DNA of 64,000 bases. It comes from Camelus dromedarius. Lineage: Eukaryota. Under the pieces are notes generated by a model. That model was not told the origin of the DNA, ran no database searches, and saw nothing but the letters and a program-made list of their open reading frames with translations. The stretch spans positions 105,898,001 to 105,962,000 of the forward strand of contig NC_087437.1 of the NCBI RefSeq assembly GCF_036321535.1, read 5' to 3'. Shown here piece by piece: positions 24,754 through 38,043 of the stretch. How positions within the stretch are numbered: the first letter of the stretch is position 1; the number at the start of each line of letters is the position of its first letter. Both the position numbers and the translations under genes were made by a program.

Positions 24754-27700
24754 AGCTTTATCACACATACACAAGAAATAGTATCTGAAGGAATGTTTAC
24801 CAAAATGAGTGTAGTGGTTACCTTTGAATAGCAGGAATGCAAATCATTTACTTTCTTTTTTGCAAATGGATGTATGCATATAATCATTATGCACAAATGG
24901 GTTCATAGTATACTTGCTTTTGCAGACCTGCTTTTATTTTTAAATTGAGGTAAAAAGCACAAATAATTTAAAAAAGCAGACATCTTAAAGGTTCAGCTTA
25001 ATTAGTATTGACAATATATAGCACACACAATCAGCATATAACTTTCTATCCAAAGCTTTTTTAAAATCTGTCTTAACAACTAACACCATCTCATAAGGGA
25101 AAATTCAAACTCACTCTGTTTCGAACTCCACATTGCCTTTTTGCCACTGTCATGTTTTTATCTGCCCTCCACCTGCTTCTCCATGGACAAAGATGATGAT
25201 GATGGGACCGGCTGGCTGGAGGCAGAATTCTGTAGGACTGAGCTGAAGCTGGCAGTCCTCACAGCAACTAACGGGGGCAAAAACCAGAGAACAAAGCCAG
25301 GGACAGCGCAACTCTCATGTAGCTCTGAGGATGGAGAGAAGGTCTGGTGTATCCAAAGAAAGAGGACTCAGAAGTGGGTTGTAAAGTTGGAATTTGGAGT
25401 CGCGGTCTCAGAGATGAGACCAAGTCAGGAATGACTGGGGCAATGAGAGGGTGGCCCATGGTGAATTGCTTAGAATAATTGTTACCTTTGAAGTTTGTTC
25501 TTTGAAGAGATAGTGAACCACTTAGACAACGAATTATTTCTACTCAACAGAAAAGAAATACTGCGAAATGAGCCTGGAGCCCTCTGCATCCATTCAGCAC
25601 TATTTTGGACATCGCTTTGCTCAGGGTTCTCTGTCGTCTTGCCCTGTCTCTATGTCCAGCCAGCTCCTGAACCTTTTGTGTTCATCTCATCTTTCTTGCT
25701 CTGAGCTCAAGCTTGAGCTACCAGGACAAACATGAACTTCTTGGCGTACGGTGGTCCTTACGACCTATCTGTCCTCCTCCTCTGGCACTTTCCTGCTCTG
25801 ATCCTTTTAAAGAACCATTCCACTAACCCAATTTAATCTCCTGTGACTCACCCATATCCACCTGAATGAAGATAAATCATGTGACAGAGACAAGATACCA
25901 GAGAGATTGTCAGTATATAATATATTTCACCGTAACTGAATAAACATGCCCAGAAAACCTGAAGCCAGCAAGTAGATTGCTAGTTTATTAGGTGAGGGAA
26001 TCTGGTAAATAATCAGTCTGTAAGAAGATCTTAGCAAAGATGATTGATTTTAGGCATTTCATTTTCATTGTAATACCAGTTCCTAGAACATAAGCAGAAG
26101 TAGGAGTGCCATCATTTCTGATGACAGTACCCTGTGTTCTTCGTCTTCTGACCCCATAATAGTTACTGTAAACATTGGACATAATACAAACACAGTGAAG
26201 GATTATTTATTTTAGTTGTCTATAAGGCAAGTTTACAAAAATGGTACTGAAAATGTAACCTTCCATTTCCTATCATAACGTACCCAGATAAACACATAGA
26301 ATCACAAAATGAATCTCTAATTCTCCTCTCAGTTCCAATGGTCAATATCAACAATTTTTAATTGGGCGATTTCTCATTTACAGATGTTTCAACTATTCAC
26401 TTCATTAACTCAAATGGTCTGATCTAGTTAATCTAATCTATAAAAGTGTTATTTTTAACAATAAATAGGAATTTGGTAATAGTTTAGTGTGATGACCCCA
26501 ATATTAACAAGTTAATCTGAAGAGAAATCTAAATTTACTATCTTTCTTGTTTCCAAGAAGTTCAAAAAAGTTGTTTTCAACTTTTTGAGAACTGATTCAA
26601 AAATAATGTAGTTAAATAGGCAAATACTTATACTCTCTCACTCCGGTTTCAAATTCATCATTTTTCTTTTCTCTTTACCATCAAAATCAAAACTTTTCTG
26701 ACTGAATACTTTATCATTAAAGTTACACACAAAACTATCAAGGGTTTAGGGTAAAGTTATAATATGACTCTATACTAAGGCATTATTTGGGATTTTTTTA
26801 AAAATAAGTCTTTACATCTCACAAGAAACTTGGAATTGGAAATATGCATGGAAATCTTTTTTCCCCCAAAATGAGAAATTGGTTATAAAGAAGGTAAATA
26901 TAAATGCTAATTCAAATGTGAAGCTTTTGCTTTTTAAAATCTCATTGAATACTGGGTATTTAGGAAATATAATTTAATATTTCTTGAAATATGTGCTTTA
27001 AATGAATTAGTTCATATTGTATGTGTTCACTATTTATCATATCAAAGCAAAGTAAATCTCTATGCCCTTCAAAATAATTCTTTGCTCCATTAAATTCCAG
27101 CTATATGAAATGTTTGCCATTCAGACAACATTTATTTTATTTCTATGACAATATATGATGTTCTGAAATTCAAATGCCACATTTATCCTGGTCAAACATT
27201 TACCCTAAGCTCTATGCATTTCTGAACTCTGAAATCTCTTAACGTGATTAATATTACCAACAGTCATTTCATAAAATTCCAAAAGGAAACCTAATTACTG
27301 CCAAAAAATGATTACAACCAGGAGAATATGAACCTGGAGAACTGAAAGGTCAAACTACTTGATTTTCTAAATAGTTGTGTGCTTTTGAGAAAAAAGTATG
27401 TATTCCATTTAAGGACAAAAAGATCATCACATTTGGTTTTGTTTCTGTATATTTCAAATACAAATTAACACTTAGGTTTTTAAAAACGTAATGGCTCCAA
27501 TACACTTATACATCATTTTTGATGTGAAATTAAATATGTCATAAGGAAGTCTTATATTGCCTCTAGAGGCTCATTTTAAAAGATGAAAAGCTCAGCTGTG
27601 AAACAGTATTTTATCTGTGGACTTTATTCAAAGCTTTTTCCAACTATGATATTTTGGTTAAAAAATAACTTGCAATATATTTAAGAAGGATACTGATAAC

Positions 27701-28599
27701 ATGTTTCATTTCTTTAAAATATAAACATAGCTTTTAAAGTGTTCCCTGTTTGACAAAGATGCAGTGAATGACACACAAGATAACCCTTGTATCTATACAA
27801 ATGGTAGAATTATATTTTCCCTAGATTAAAAAAATAGACCCAGACATGAAAAATTGTCTGAGATTCATTTGAAAATAATTCAGAAATAGGGGAGTGGGTT
27901 GGGGGCAATAGATTGAATAAAAGTAGTCATGAGTGGATGATTTTTAATGTCAGATGTTGGATTCATGGTGGGGGGGTTGGTGCAGGAAGGGAGGGTCATT
28001 ATATTATTTTGTCTACTTTTGTATATGTTTGAAACAAAAAGTTTTACAAATGAATATAAATTATATGCAATCCATGTTCTTGTGTTATTTTTAAATTTTC
28101 AATAACATACATATATATTTTTACTTTGAGAGCAAATGTATCCAAAAAATGTGTCATGTTGTCCAAGTAATCTGCATGTTTCTTGATTTAGCAGAAGAAA
28201 TATCTTTTAGAGAGTTTCTCTACTCACAAATGTGCCTATCTGAGCTATTTACACTTGGCCAATTTTTCTTCACAAAGGGATCAGATCTGCCTAAGGAAAC
28301 ACTTCAATAAAACACTTGCTTCAAAATGATGTTTTCTGCCACACCGAATAGCCCATTATAGTCAAACCTGTTTATTACTACTTAATCAATATGTTCAGCC
28401 TCCTCGTGTATCTCTGTATGATTGATGAGCTTCATAGGCCCTCATTCAAATAACAAATAGGTTGATTGCAAACAAAAGTCCCAGGATCTATGTGGCCAAA
28501 ATGAGAATTCTGTGGAGCAGTGATTTTTTTGCTCATATGCGTAGTCTATCAAAGCAGATGAGAACACTGTGAGTTGAATTAGTAATGTAATAAGAAGCT

Positions 28600-28810
28600 A
28601 TAAGAGCAAGCATTTATGGAGGGTTCACCACAACCCAGGCCTTCGTTATACCTGCCTCTCCTTTAATTCTCTCAGTAACCTCTGAGATCAACATTATAGA
28701 CAAGGAAAGGAAAGGAAAGGTCAGAGAAGTTATGTACCCCAGGGCTCACTGTAAGAAGTGAATCCCGAAATCAAATTCAAATCTATATAAAGTCCATATT
28801 ATTAAACACT
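28600..28810 (-). mobile_element. MIR SINE fossil
   Basis: agcatttat...tttaattctc...gtcagagaagttatgtac...aattcaaatcta. Confidence 0.5.
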
Positions 28811-29906
28811 GTAAATGGCCACGTTATTGACCATTAACATTTAACTTTTTAAATAAAATGAATTATTAGACTCTAAATCCCTTTTTGCCTCAGAAACAAC
28901 TATGTAAGGAAATAGCTAATTTAGAATCCTATTAGTGTAAATAGTTTATATATGTATATAGACATTTTAAGTGTTTACTGAGCACCAGTTCTTATTTATT
29001 CATTCATTCAATAAATATTTATTTCAGTCCCTTTTACACAAGCTAGTCTGATATATTCTAAGGGGTAATAAGATTTTATATATATAAATATATATATTAT
29101 ATATAACTATCATATATATGATATCATAGTTCTCCCTTAAATTACTTACCTGCAAGACCTGAAAATTTAGTACTCATTTTGCTGATTTCAAAACAAAGTT
29201 TAACTTAACCTCTGTTTCAGGACTAGTATTATAGTTGTTTTATCATTTCCTTACCTGAAACCATTGCTGTTGTTTCCATAATAGTAAAGTCATGAGACAT
29301 TGACTTAATTTATCACATCCAATGACAGAACAGTAAATTAATCACCAAAGTGGATGTAATTTGGTTGTTGGATGATTGGGGCATGTTGAAAGGCATTATT
29401 TATAGGGAATTTAGGTACACATTTTGTGTTTCCCTCTGCCCCTTTAAAATGTGTTTACCCCCTAGGTTAAATCTTAGCATGTCCCATGGCTTTTCTGCTC
29501 ACTCAGCCGGTGCAGTCACAAAAACATTCTCAATTCAGTTATGTCCAGCCTAAAATAGTAATTGAAAATCTGATCTTGATTTAGCGTTTTCTCTCCTCAC
29601 CAAGTTCAGGCTTGCTTCAGGCTGGAAGCCCACAGTGGTTTTTTTCTCTCTATTTATCTCTGTTATGTTCCTTCTATCTCCCATTCCATTCCAGCCTTAC
29701 TTGTAGTTTTGCACTTTCTCGAACAACCCAGCAATCCCACTCCTAGGTATTCACTCAAGTGAATTAAAAACTGATGTTCAGATCAAATTTTATACAAATG
29801 TTTACAGCAGCATCATTCATGGTCACCAAAAACTGGAAACAACCTAAATGTCCTTCAGTAGGTGAATGGATAAATAAACTATGATATGTCCTACAATAAA
29901 ATACTA

Positions 29907-29941
29907 TTCCATTTTAGTATGTGTGCTGCTGAAGCAAGCAT
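29907..29941 (-). pseudogene. 3'-truncated U6 snRNA retrocopy (about the first 36 nt)
   Basis: Minus strand ATGCTTGCTTCAGCAGCACACATACTAAAATGGAA versus U6 5' end GTGCTCGCTTCGGCAGCACATATACTAAAATTGGAA; flanked by a diverged 16-nt duplication ending aatactattc. Confidence 0.88.
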
Positions 29942-31219
29942 CAGTGTAATACTATTCAGAAATTTTAAAATGAACTAGATTCACACAAGAATATATATGA
30001 ATTTTAATATGTTTCGCTAAGTAAAAGAAGCCAGATTAAAAAAAAAAAGTGTTTACATATGGTACGACTCTATCCTGGTGACGTTCCGGAAAATTCAAAA
30101 TGACAGGAATAGAATACAGACTGGTGGCTGCCAGGGGTTGGAGACTGTGCAAAGGGGGCTGCTTAGAGCTTTCTTAGAGTGATGGAACTGTTCTATATGG
30201 TGCTGGAATGGTGGAAACATGACTTCCAGCTTTTGTGAAAGTCACAGAACTCTATGTCACAAAAAGTAAATTTTACTGTGAACAAATTTTTAAAATATCC
30301 ATAAATCAAGATGTCAGGGGAACACTGTAAAGAATTCAGACTGTGACAGATGCATGTAACTGTATGCAAGATAGAACCTCACCGAAGGGGTACAGAGTAA
30401 CGTCTCCTAAGTTTCCTTGAAAAAATAATGTTTTGACTTTATACTGTAAGCCTGATGACCAAGAGAACTGTACACAAACACCATACTCTAGTTGGTAAAT
30501 TATTTCTCACAGGAGTACACATACAAAATTCTGAAACATCTTCATATTGTCTGTATCTGAGAGCAATTTTTCTCAACGTAGAAAAAGAAGTTACAAGTAA
30601 GAAAAGTGGGAATGCTAGAAGAAAATCGATGCCAGATTGAAGTTGTGTATTTCAAAATGAAATTTATGTTTGTTTTAATAAATATATGGATAGATACAGA
30701 AATAAATATAGACATAAGCCTGTACATGGATTGGCAAACCTACATCACTTCCTAGCTTTATCCGCTGAAAGGACCCAGAAGTTGTGATACCCCGTAGCAA
30801 TGAGCATGCCTAACTCCACATATTGGTTTTTAAAATACCATTCTCCAACAAACAGAACCAGTGCTCCTTGGAGAAATGGCTGACTCTTACACTGGGGCAG
30901 GAAAAAGACAAGATGGACCTGGAGAATCTTGTAATGTCAGAAACAAAGGAAGTGCTCCAACACAGAAGGATGAGCACATGTCAAAGTGACGTGGGAGCCA
31001 ACCTAGAAGAGCTCCTGACGGCAAAGTGACAATATGAGCCACAAAAAAAAATGGATTATTTCTGAAAGAATAAAATAAATATCCAAGATGCCATATTGAC
31101 ATAAAGAAATAATTGAACTAATAAGTGAATAGAGAAGAAGAGACATTTTTCTTGCAAAAGAATTCCAATTAATGAATGTAGAAGGAATAAGAGAAATAGA
31201 AAATCACCATTAAAACACA

Positions 31220-31410
31220 ATACAGCTGTAGGGAAGTAAAAGGTACAAACTATTAGGTATAAAAGAAGCTACATGAATATATTGTACAACATGGGGGATA
31301 GAGCCAATGTTTTATAATAAGCACAAGTGGAGTATAACCTTTAAAAATTATAATCACTATATTGTACACCTGTAGCTTATATAACATTGTACAGCAACTC
31401 TAAAAATAAA
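31220..31410 (+). mobile_element. Short L1 3' tail
   Basis: aggtacaaactatt...aagctaca...atattgtacaaca...tataacctttaaaaat; similar to 32590-32770. Confidence 0.8.
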
Positions 31411-31629
31411 CAATTATTGCTTTAGCCAAGATCCCCTCCATACGCTCAAATTAGTAGAAGAAACTAAGAAAAGAGGATATTTGTTTAGTCTCAAAGTATC
31501 TTCCCCAAAATATTTCTTAATTACTGAATAGGTCTAACTTATGTCCACAAATCCCTTGATACTCCTCCCGCCAGGAGGTATAGTTTAATTCCCCTCCCTT
31601 AAGTGTGGCTTGACTTAATGACTCCCTTC

Positions 31630-31795
31630 TAATGAGAAGAATAGGGGTCAGCTAGTTTTATCAGAACACACATTGGAGCATTATGTATTGTCTGTGTCTC
31701 CTTTTCTGCTGCATAGCAGAGTTATGTCACTGTGACAGAGATCATATGACCCACAAAGCCTTAAAATATTTATTAACTGGCTTTTTTCCCAGACC
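31630..31795 (+). mobile_element. MER58-like hAT fossil
   Basis: gacagagatcatatgacccacaaagccttaaaatatttatta. Confidence 0.7.
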
Positions 31796-32174
31796 TCTGG
31801 AATAGAGTATGGAAAGAAGAAAACAGTAATTTTTCAAGGGGCAATCCTGGCAGACACAACCTTACCCAAGTGCTCAAGGTTGACATCACCAGTGATCATT
31901 CAGGTTGATATCATGAACACTCTGACATGATACAAAGAGAAGCACACATCACCCCTCTGCTTTTCTTCCCGGAAATCCATAACCAGTCTTTGAAAGTGTT
32001 AAGGTTAAGGTCACGAAAGACAAGGATATATAGAGAAACTCACAGACTGAAAGAGTAAGGAAACATGACGGTTACAGTGTGGGATATTAGATTGGATTCA
32101 GAATGAAAAAACTTGTAAACTCTGAATAAAGTCTATACTTTAGTTAATAATATTGTTGCATTGTTAATTTCTTT

Positions 32175-32300
32175 TTGCTTTTACTTTTTTATTAGAAGAT
32201 TTTATTTTTTTAGAGCAGTTTCAAGTTCACAGCAGAATTGAGCAGAAAATACAGAGTTTGCAGATAGCCCTCCCCATCTACATATATATACTCCCCTACC
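32175..32300 (-). mobile_element. Short L1 3' tail, reverse orientation
   Basis: tttttagagcagtttcaagttcacagcagaattgagcagaaaatacagag. Confidence 0.75.
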
Positions 32301-32429
32301 CAAGTTTGCTATTATTTGTGATATTAACATTATAGGAATTTAAGCAAAGGGTATCTGGGAATTCTCATCTCTGTAACACTTCTAAAGTCTAAAATTATTT
32401 CACAATGAAGTTTTAAAAAGTAAGGTGCA

Positions 32430-32799
32430 AAAGAAAGATAAATACGGTATGATATCACTTACATATAGAATATAAAAAATACAGCAAACTAGTGACTATA
32501 ACAGGAAAGAAACAAACTCACAGATATAAAGAACAAACTAATGGTTACATGGCGGAAGGGGGATGTGGGAGGAGCAAGATAAGGCTCAGGGATTAAGAGT
32601 GCAAACTATTATGCAGAAAATAAGCTACAATGATATATTGTACAACACAGGGACAATAGCCAATATTTTATAATAACTATAAATGAAGTATAACCTTTTA
32701 AAATGATGAATTACCAGCTGTACACCTGTAATTCATATTTGTACATCAACTATACCTCAATAAAAATTAAATTATTTAAAAAATAAAAAAATAAAATAA
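32430..32799 (+). mobile_element. L1 3' end
   Basis: aaatacggtatgatatcacttacat...AATAAA and A-rich tail; approximate TSD aaaagtaaggtgca / aaaataagttgca. Confidence 0.85.
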
Positions 32800-33789
32800 G
32801 TTGCAGCCTTTTCCACACTCCCACAATGATACCAAAGAAGCATAAGCTTAAAATTAGTTACAGACCAAGCAAGAAGTGTCTAGGTGGGTACTTTGGGGGA
32901 ATAATGCTATATTGAGACAGAGTGAACTTTCTATTTTTTGTTTGGAATCATTTGTATAAAGATACTACAATCTTCAAGTGCAGCTGTCCATCTTACAGCT
33001 ATAAAAGGAAATAGATCAAAGAAAAAGAAAGACAGAGGCAGATCAAAACTGCTGAAATTATTTGAATTGGTTGCACTCTCCTGACAAATTCCATGAGCTA
33101 AAGAATCTATCTTTATGATTAAAAAAAGACAGTAAGTACCCCAACCCAGCATCCTGTCACAATGAAACTATTCAAGCAGATAACAAAATTTTCTCCATCT
33201 GTTAATTGATTGTCATCACTCAGCTATGATAAAAGAATATGGAAAATGATTATTGGAGGACACAGATATGCAAGAAGATCATAATATTATGAATAATTCC
33301 ACTAACTAGACTAGAGCTCAATGTTGAGTTGAGGATATAAGAGAGAGGAAATCGTCTGTGTGAACGTAATTGTGGGTAAAATTATGTGTATACCTAGCAT
33401 TACGACTTTGGGAAGTCTCTTAAATACTTTAAATTTCTGTTGCTTTATGTGGAAATGGATAATAAACTTCCCTCAAGTGATGTTGTGAGGTGCCACGTGA
33501 ATTCACAGATCTAAAAGCACTTGAGAAATTTTTAAACACTATGTACACTTAAGGGGTTGGCGTTAACAGACTATATATGTAAGAATATTCATGATGTATA
33601 TCACTGAGGCATGTGCTAAGACTTCAAAAATACCCACTCATCCAGCTGGGGAGACAGGTGTGTAAAGAACAAGCTGTAATGTCCTTGGGGACACAGGCAG
33701 GAGCTATGGACATATGAACTATGTCTTACATATACAAAGGCAAATTAAGTTGGATTAAGAAATATAGTTTACCTGCCATAATTCTTCTA

Positions 33790-33990
33790 CTTCTTTTTTG
33801 AACAGCTATGTTAAAGAGTAATTGATATACAATAATTGCAGATATTTGAAATGTAAATTTTGAGAAGGTTAGACATGTGTGTATACCCACAACAACGTCA
33901 CCACTCTCAAGACGAAGAACACATCCATTATCTTCCAGAGTTTCCTTGTGTCCATTTGGAATCATTCCCTTTCCCCATCCCCAGGCAAAC
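33790..33990 (-). mobile_element. Old L1 3' tail
   Basis: taattgatatacaataa...accactctcaagacgaagaacacatcca...ccccaggcaa. Confidence 0.7.
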
Positions 33991-34736
33991 CCTTACCCTT
34001 ACATGCTCATAATCTCAAAACATAAAGGTACCAGGAAAATATGGTTTTGCCCTTAAGCAAAATTTAGAGTCTTTCATTGAGCTTAAGTTCCCTCTAATTT
34101 TTTAACATAATACATGAACACACATCTATGTCATGAGTGAGGTGTGAGTATGAGAGAGAGAGAGAGAGACAAAGAGAGATTTCCAACATTATAACAAAGT
34201 GTGTGGCTCCCCTTTCCTAATACCTAATAAATACAAAGCTATTGTGAGGCTTCTAAGACTTAAGTGATACATTTGCAACCTAGGTGGTAATTCAGTTTGT
34301 TAGCCTGGCAATTTGGGATAACTGCACCTTCCAACAGAACCTTCGATGTCACTCTTCTTGTCACTATGTTATTATTGTCAGCACCATGACATCTTGGCAT
34401 TTCTTTTCCCAGCCTTTGCTTCTTTCGACTTACTATTCCTTTTCAAAGACACTGCAGTAGTGTTCTCCACTCATGAAAACTACAACTTTTAATTTTTGAT
34501 GCAACGGTGATGGAAAAAATACAACGTATACTCTTCAAGTTGGAAGCCTAGTGATGATTGAAAAAAACGAGGCTTAGACACAAAAGAAAAAGCATTTATA
34601 GTGTTATTCATCTTGTTTAACAACCTCTTTGACCACCAATAACATAACATGATGTTTTTAATTATGTTTTTATTTCTATACTTTTGCAAAATATAATTCT
34701 GTAGTGTTCTCTCATGACTATGTAAGATATAAGTGC

Positions 34737-35003
34737 ATGTTGCTAGTGGGGCAAGAGGGTAGGAAGGGGCAAATTGGGAGTTCGAGATTTGCAGATACTA
34801 ACTAATATATGTAGAATAGATAAACAACAAGTTTATACTGTACAGCACAGGGAATTATATTCAATATCTTGTATTAATTTCTGGTGAAAAAGAATATGAA
34901 AATGAATATATATATGTTCCTATATGACTGCAAAATTGTGCTGTACACCAGAAATTGGCATAATATTGTAAACTGACTATACTTCAATAAAAATTAAATT
35001 AAA
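34737..35003 (+). mobile_element. L1 3' end
   Basis: gggagttcgagatttgcagatac...actgtacagcacagggaattatattcaatatcttgta...actatacttcAATAAA. Confidence 0.88.
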
Positions 35004-36978
35004 TATCAGTTCTCAAAAGGTTTCTCAATTAGTGTCTAAGATTGTGAGGCAAATCTTGTGTAGGGCCAGGAAAATGAGTCATCAAAACATACATTCATAG
35101 TTAACTAGATATCTGAACTCTTAAAGAATCTGATTCAAAATTTCAAGAAGAAACTTCAAGAAGTTTTCTTAAAAGAATGTCTAAAAAAAAAAAAAGTCCC
35201 TGACAGCAATAGTGTATTTACATGTAAAGGCTGGTATACATGGTTTTCTCCTATTTTGTAAAACCACCATAGAGGATTGTTTTATAAATATGCTTTGGAA
35301 ATCTCAATACTTTCTTGTGCCCCCAAATCTTATAAGAATATAACAATGTGCCTAAAAATCAATTGGAACCTATATGCCAATTTAATCAATAAAATAAATA
35401 TTGATTCTTTTGTAGGTCTTATTTATATGTTTTTACATTGAAGGTCAGCTAATGACAGCTGAATTGCATGAAATTCAATGGAACAGAGCAGTAGTGTGAA
35501 AAATGTAAAATAGAAGACATCAAAAATGAGTTGTATTTTTACTTTAAATTCCTACATGTATATTTGAAGAGGGGTGTGTAAACTTTCTAGATATTTACAA
35601 TAATTCAAATCAAGTGGTGATTGTGAAAACCTAGGTTACGATGCCAGAAAACTGATAAGACACCTCATCTCGCCTCTAATTTTCCTAAAATTATAAACCT
35701 CTCTCATTTGGAAGCTGTTTTCAAGAGTTTTGTTTCTAAAAGACTTTTATTGTTACTGAATCTGATTTAGCTAAGAGAATTTTAGAATTCCTTGCTTTCT
35801 AGTAAGAGCTGTAGATTGTATGCAGCATATGAGAAGACAAAATTACTTGATCAAAATTTAGTGAATTGAGGAGAGATAAACAGAGAGTAAATCTACATTA
35901 TTTCCTATTTGTTTATGTTTATAGGACCTTAACTATTGGCAAAAACCAAGCTGTATCTGTCACATGTCATAGAGTCAAAGAGAGTTAAAATCATATTCAT
36001 TACAAAGACGGCAAAACAAAGCCAGACTCCTGTAGAGAACTGTTCTATCGTGGAACTGTTGTTTGATACCACTCTTGTGTAACTTAAGCACCAGTCGATT
36101 GCCATGTGACTTGAAATCGATTGTACCTGCTAATGCTTACATGTCAAAACTCAAAACCTAAACAGATGAAAAATATGGTTACAGAACATTGGGGATGCCA
36201 CCAAATTTGAGTAATAATCCTAAGAGCCCAGAAACCTAATTTAGAATCTTCTCCTATATAAAATTATCCCCTGGTCAATGTAATTTAAAGATTCAATTTT
36301 TTTTTATTCCAGTGGCCTCCATTTGGAAAAAATTTTAGATGTCTTTCATTTATTTTACAGATTTATTCTTTGCTAGTTAAAAGTTCCTGCATGAAAATAA
36401 CGTCTCAAGTGAACAGAAAACAATTGTCATTACAAAACTCCAACCATAAAGAATCTTATATAATTTTTCCTTTATTTTGCTTAATCATCTATCTAGTTAT
36501 ATCATACTGATTTAAATATAGCTAAAGATATTTTAAACAGAAAAAACTTGCATTAATTTGGAAGTGGAAGGAATTTATCCACAGGCTAGTATCCCTACTC
36601 TGCATAGTGAAAGTCCACTTTCTGAAATAAAGGTCTGGAAATTGTTCATGCATATTCATACACACTTAGGCTAGTGTTCAAAAATAAAGAAGGCAATTTG
36701 TTTTCTAGCAGCTTTCACTATAGCTAAACTTTCATAGCATTCTGGGTAGAAAAGCAGAGAAAACCTAGGATTTTACATCGATATTCAAACACAAGGGTAA
36801 TAGTAACCGTATACAAGTACCTTTCATCAGCCGGATAAGATGGGTCATGGACATAACTAACACTAGTGCATTGACTGTACACAAGGCTAGAAAGGAGACA
36901 TGTTCCAGGTGGTGAGGGAGTTCACAGAAGTAAGACAGCACTTTTCTGTGGAAAGATCAAGGAAGATATTTTAGGAAG

Positions 36979-37406
36979 TGTGATGGTTAATTGTTTATAT
37001 CAACTTGGCTGGGCCATGGGGTATCCAGATATTTGGATAAACACTATTCTCGGTATATCTGTGGGGATGTTTCTGGATGAGATTAACTTTTGTATAGACT
37101 GAGTAACCTGCCCAGTGTGTACGGATCCCATACAGTCTAGTGATTGAAGAAAACGTGGGATAAGGGAGAATTCTTTCTATCCACCTGCTTGTCTTCAAAC
37201 TGGAACATCAACCTACTCCTGACTTTCAACCTTTTGACTCAAACTGGACCTATATCATCAGCTTTCCTGGGTCTCCAGCTTGCCAGTTTTATATCTTGGA
37301 CTTCTTAGCCTCCATTATTGCATGAGCCAGTTCCTTATAATTCTCTCTCTCCATATGTATGAATATACTATTGGTTCTGTTTGTGTAGGGAGCCCAGACT
37401 AATACA
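36979..37406 (+). mobile_element. Solo MLT2-family (ERVL) LTR
   Basis: TGTGATGGTTAAT...tcaacttggctgggcc...attggttctgttt...gactaataCA; near-TSD ggaag/gaaag. Confidence 0.9.
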
Positions 37407-38043
37407 GAAAGGTTAGCATATAGACTAGATTTAACTAGTGTAGAAATCAGTGAGTTTCTACTAAGGGTAGAATTGGCAGGTACCATGAAAGCAAAAGTAT
37501 TCCATAAGAACTAATGATGTTGTCAATTTTTTATTAAACAGAGTTGATTAAGAGAGAGATATGACTATAAAAACCATTTAAAACACCAATCATTAAAATA
37601 ATTATTGAAAGAGTTTATTAGACTCTGAGCTTGAGATATTCGGATGATAAAAAGAAGGAAAACTTGGCAGAATGTTTTGACACATTGGCTGTACGGGATG
37701 ATGGAAAGGAGAGAGTGCAGATGAGGCTGGTACTTTGAGTCCAAACGAGTCCAACTGACTGGGAGAATGTGAGATGTCCATCAGTGTTATTATACGAAGG
37801 CAATAAAGATCATTCACAATAGTAATATTTCTATTTCTTCCTTACATTCTGTTTTCATGATAAAAGTATAGAAGCCTAATAATCACAAAGCTATTATGTA
37901 GACCATAAGCAGCACTACAATTCATAAATTTCCAGATAGTATTCTCGGTGTCAACCACTGACCTACGTTCAGTGTTAGTTAAATTACTGTATTTCCCATC
38001 AGCCAATGTGGAGTTGGAGGGAAAAGTAAACAAAAGTCACTTT

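Larger units (their letters stand above)
29723..32420 (+). mobile_element. Old L1 (ORF2 end plus long 3' UTR, L1MC/MD-like) interrupted by several younger insertions
   Basis: acccagcaatcccactcctaggtat...aactggaaacaacctaaatgtcc at the start; 3' UTR motifs through ...tctaaaattatttc; nested U6 fragment, L1 tails and MER58. Confidence 0.8.

Noticed and set aside
25141..25434. 97-aa ORF with an internal ATG in fair Kozak context (MDKDDDDG...)
   Set aside because: No recognisable homology, promoter or splice context; length within chance expectation.
37841..37960. Possible minus-strand exon (SVVDTENTIWKF...) ending at GTAAGG
   Set aside because: Poor acceptor, no recognisable peptide, isolated between repeats.
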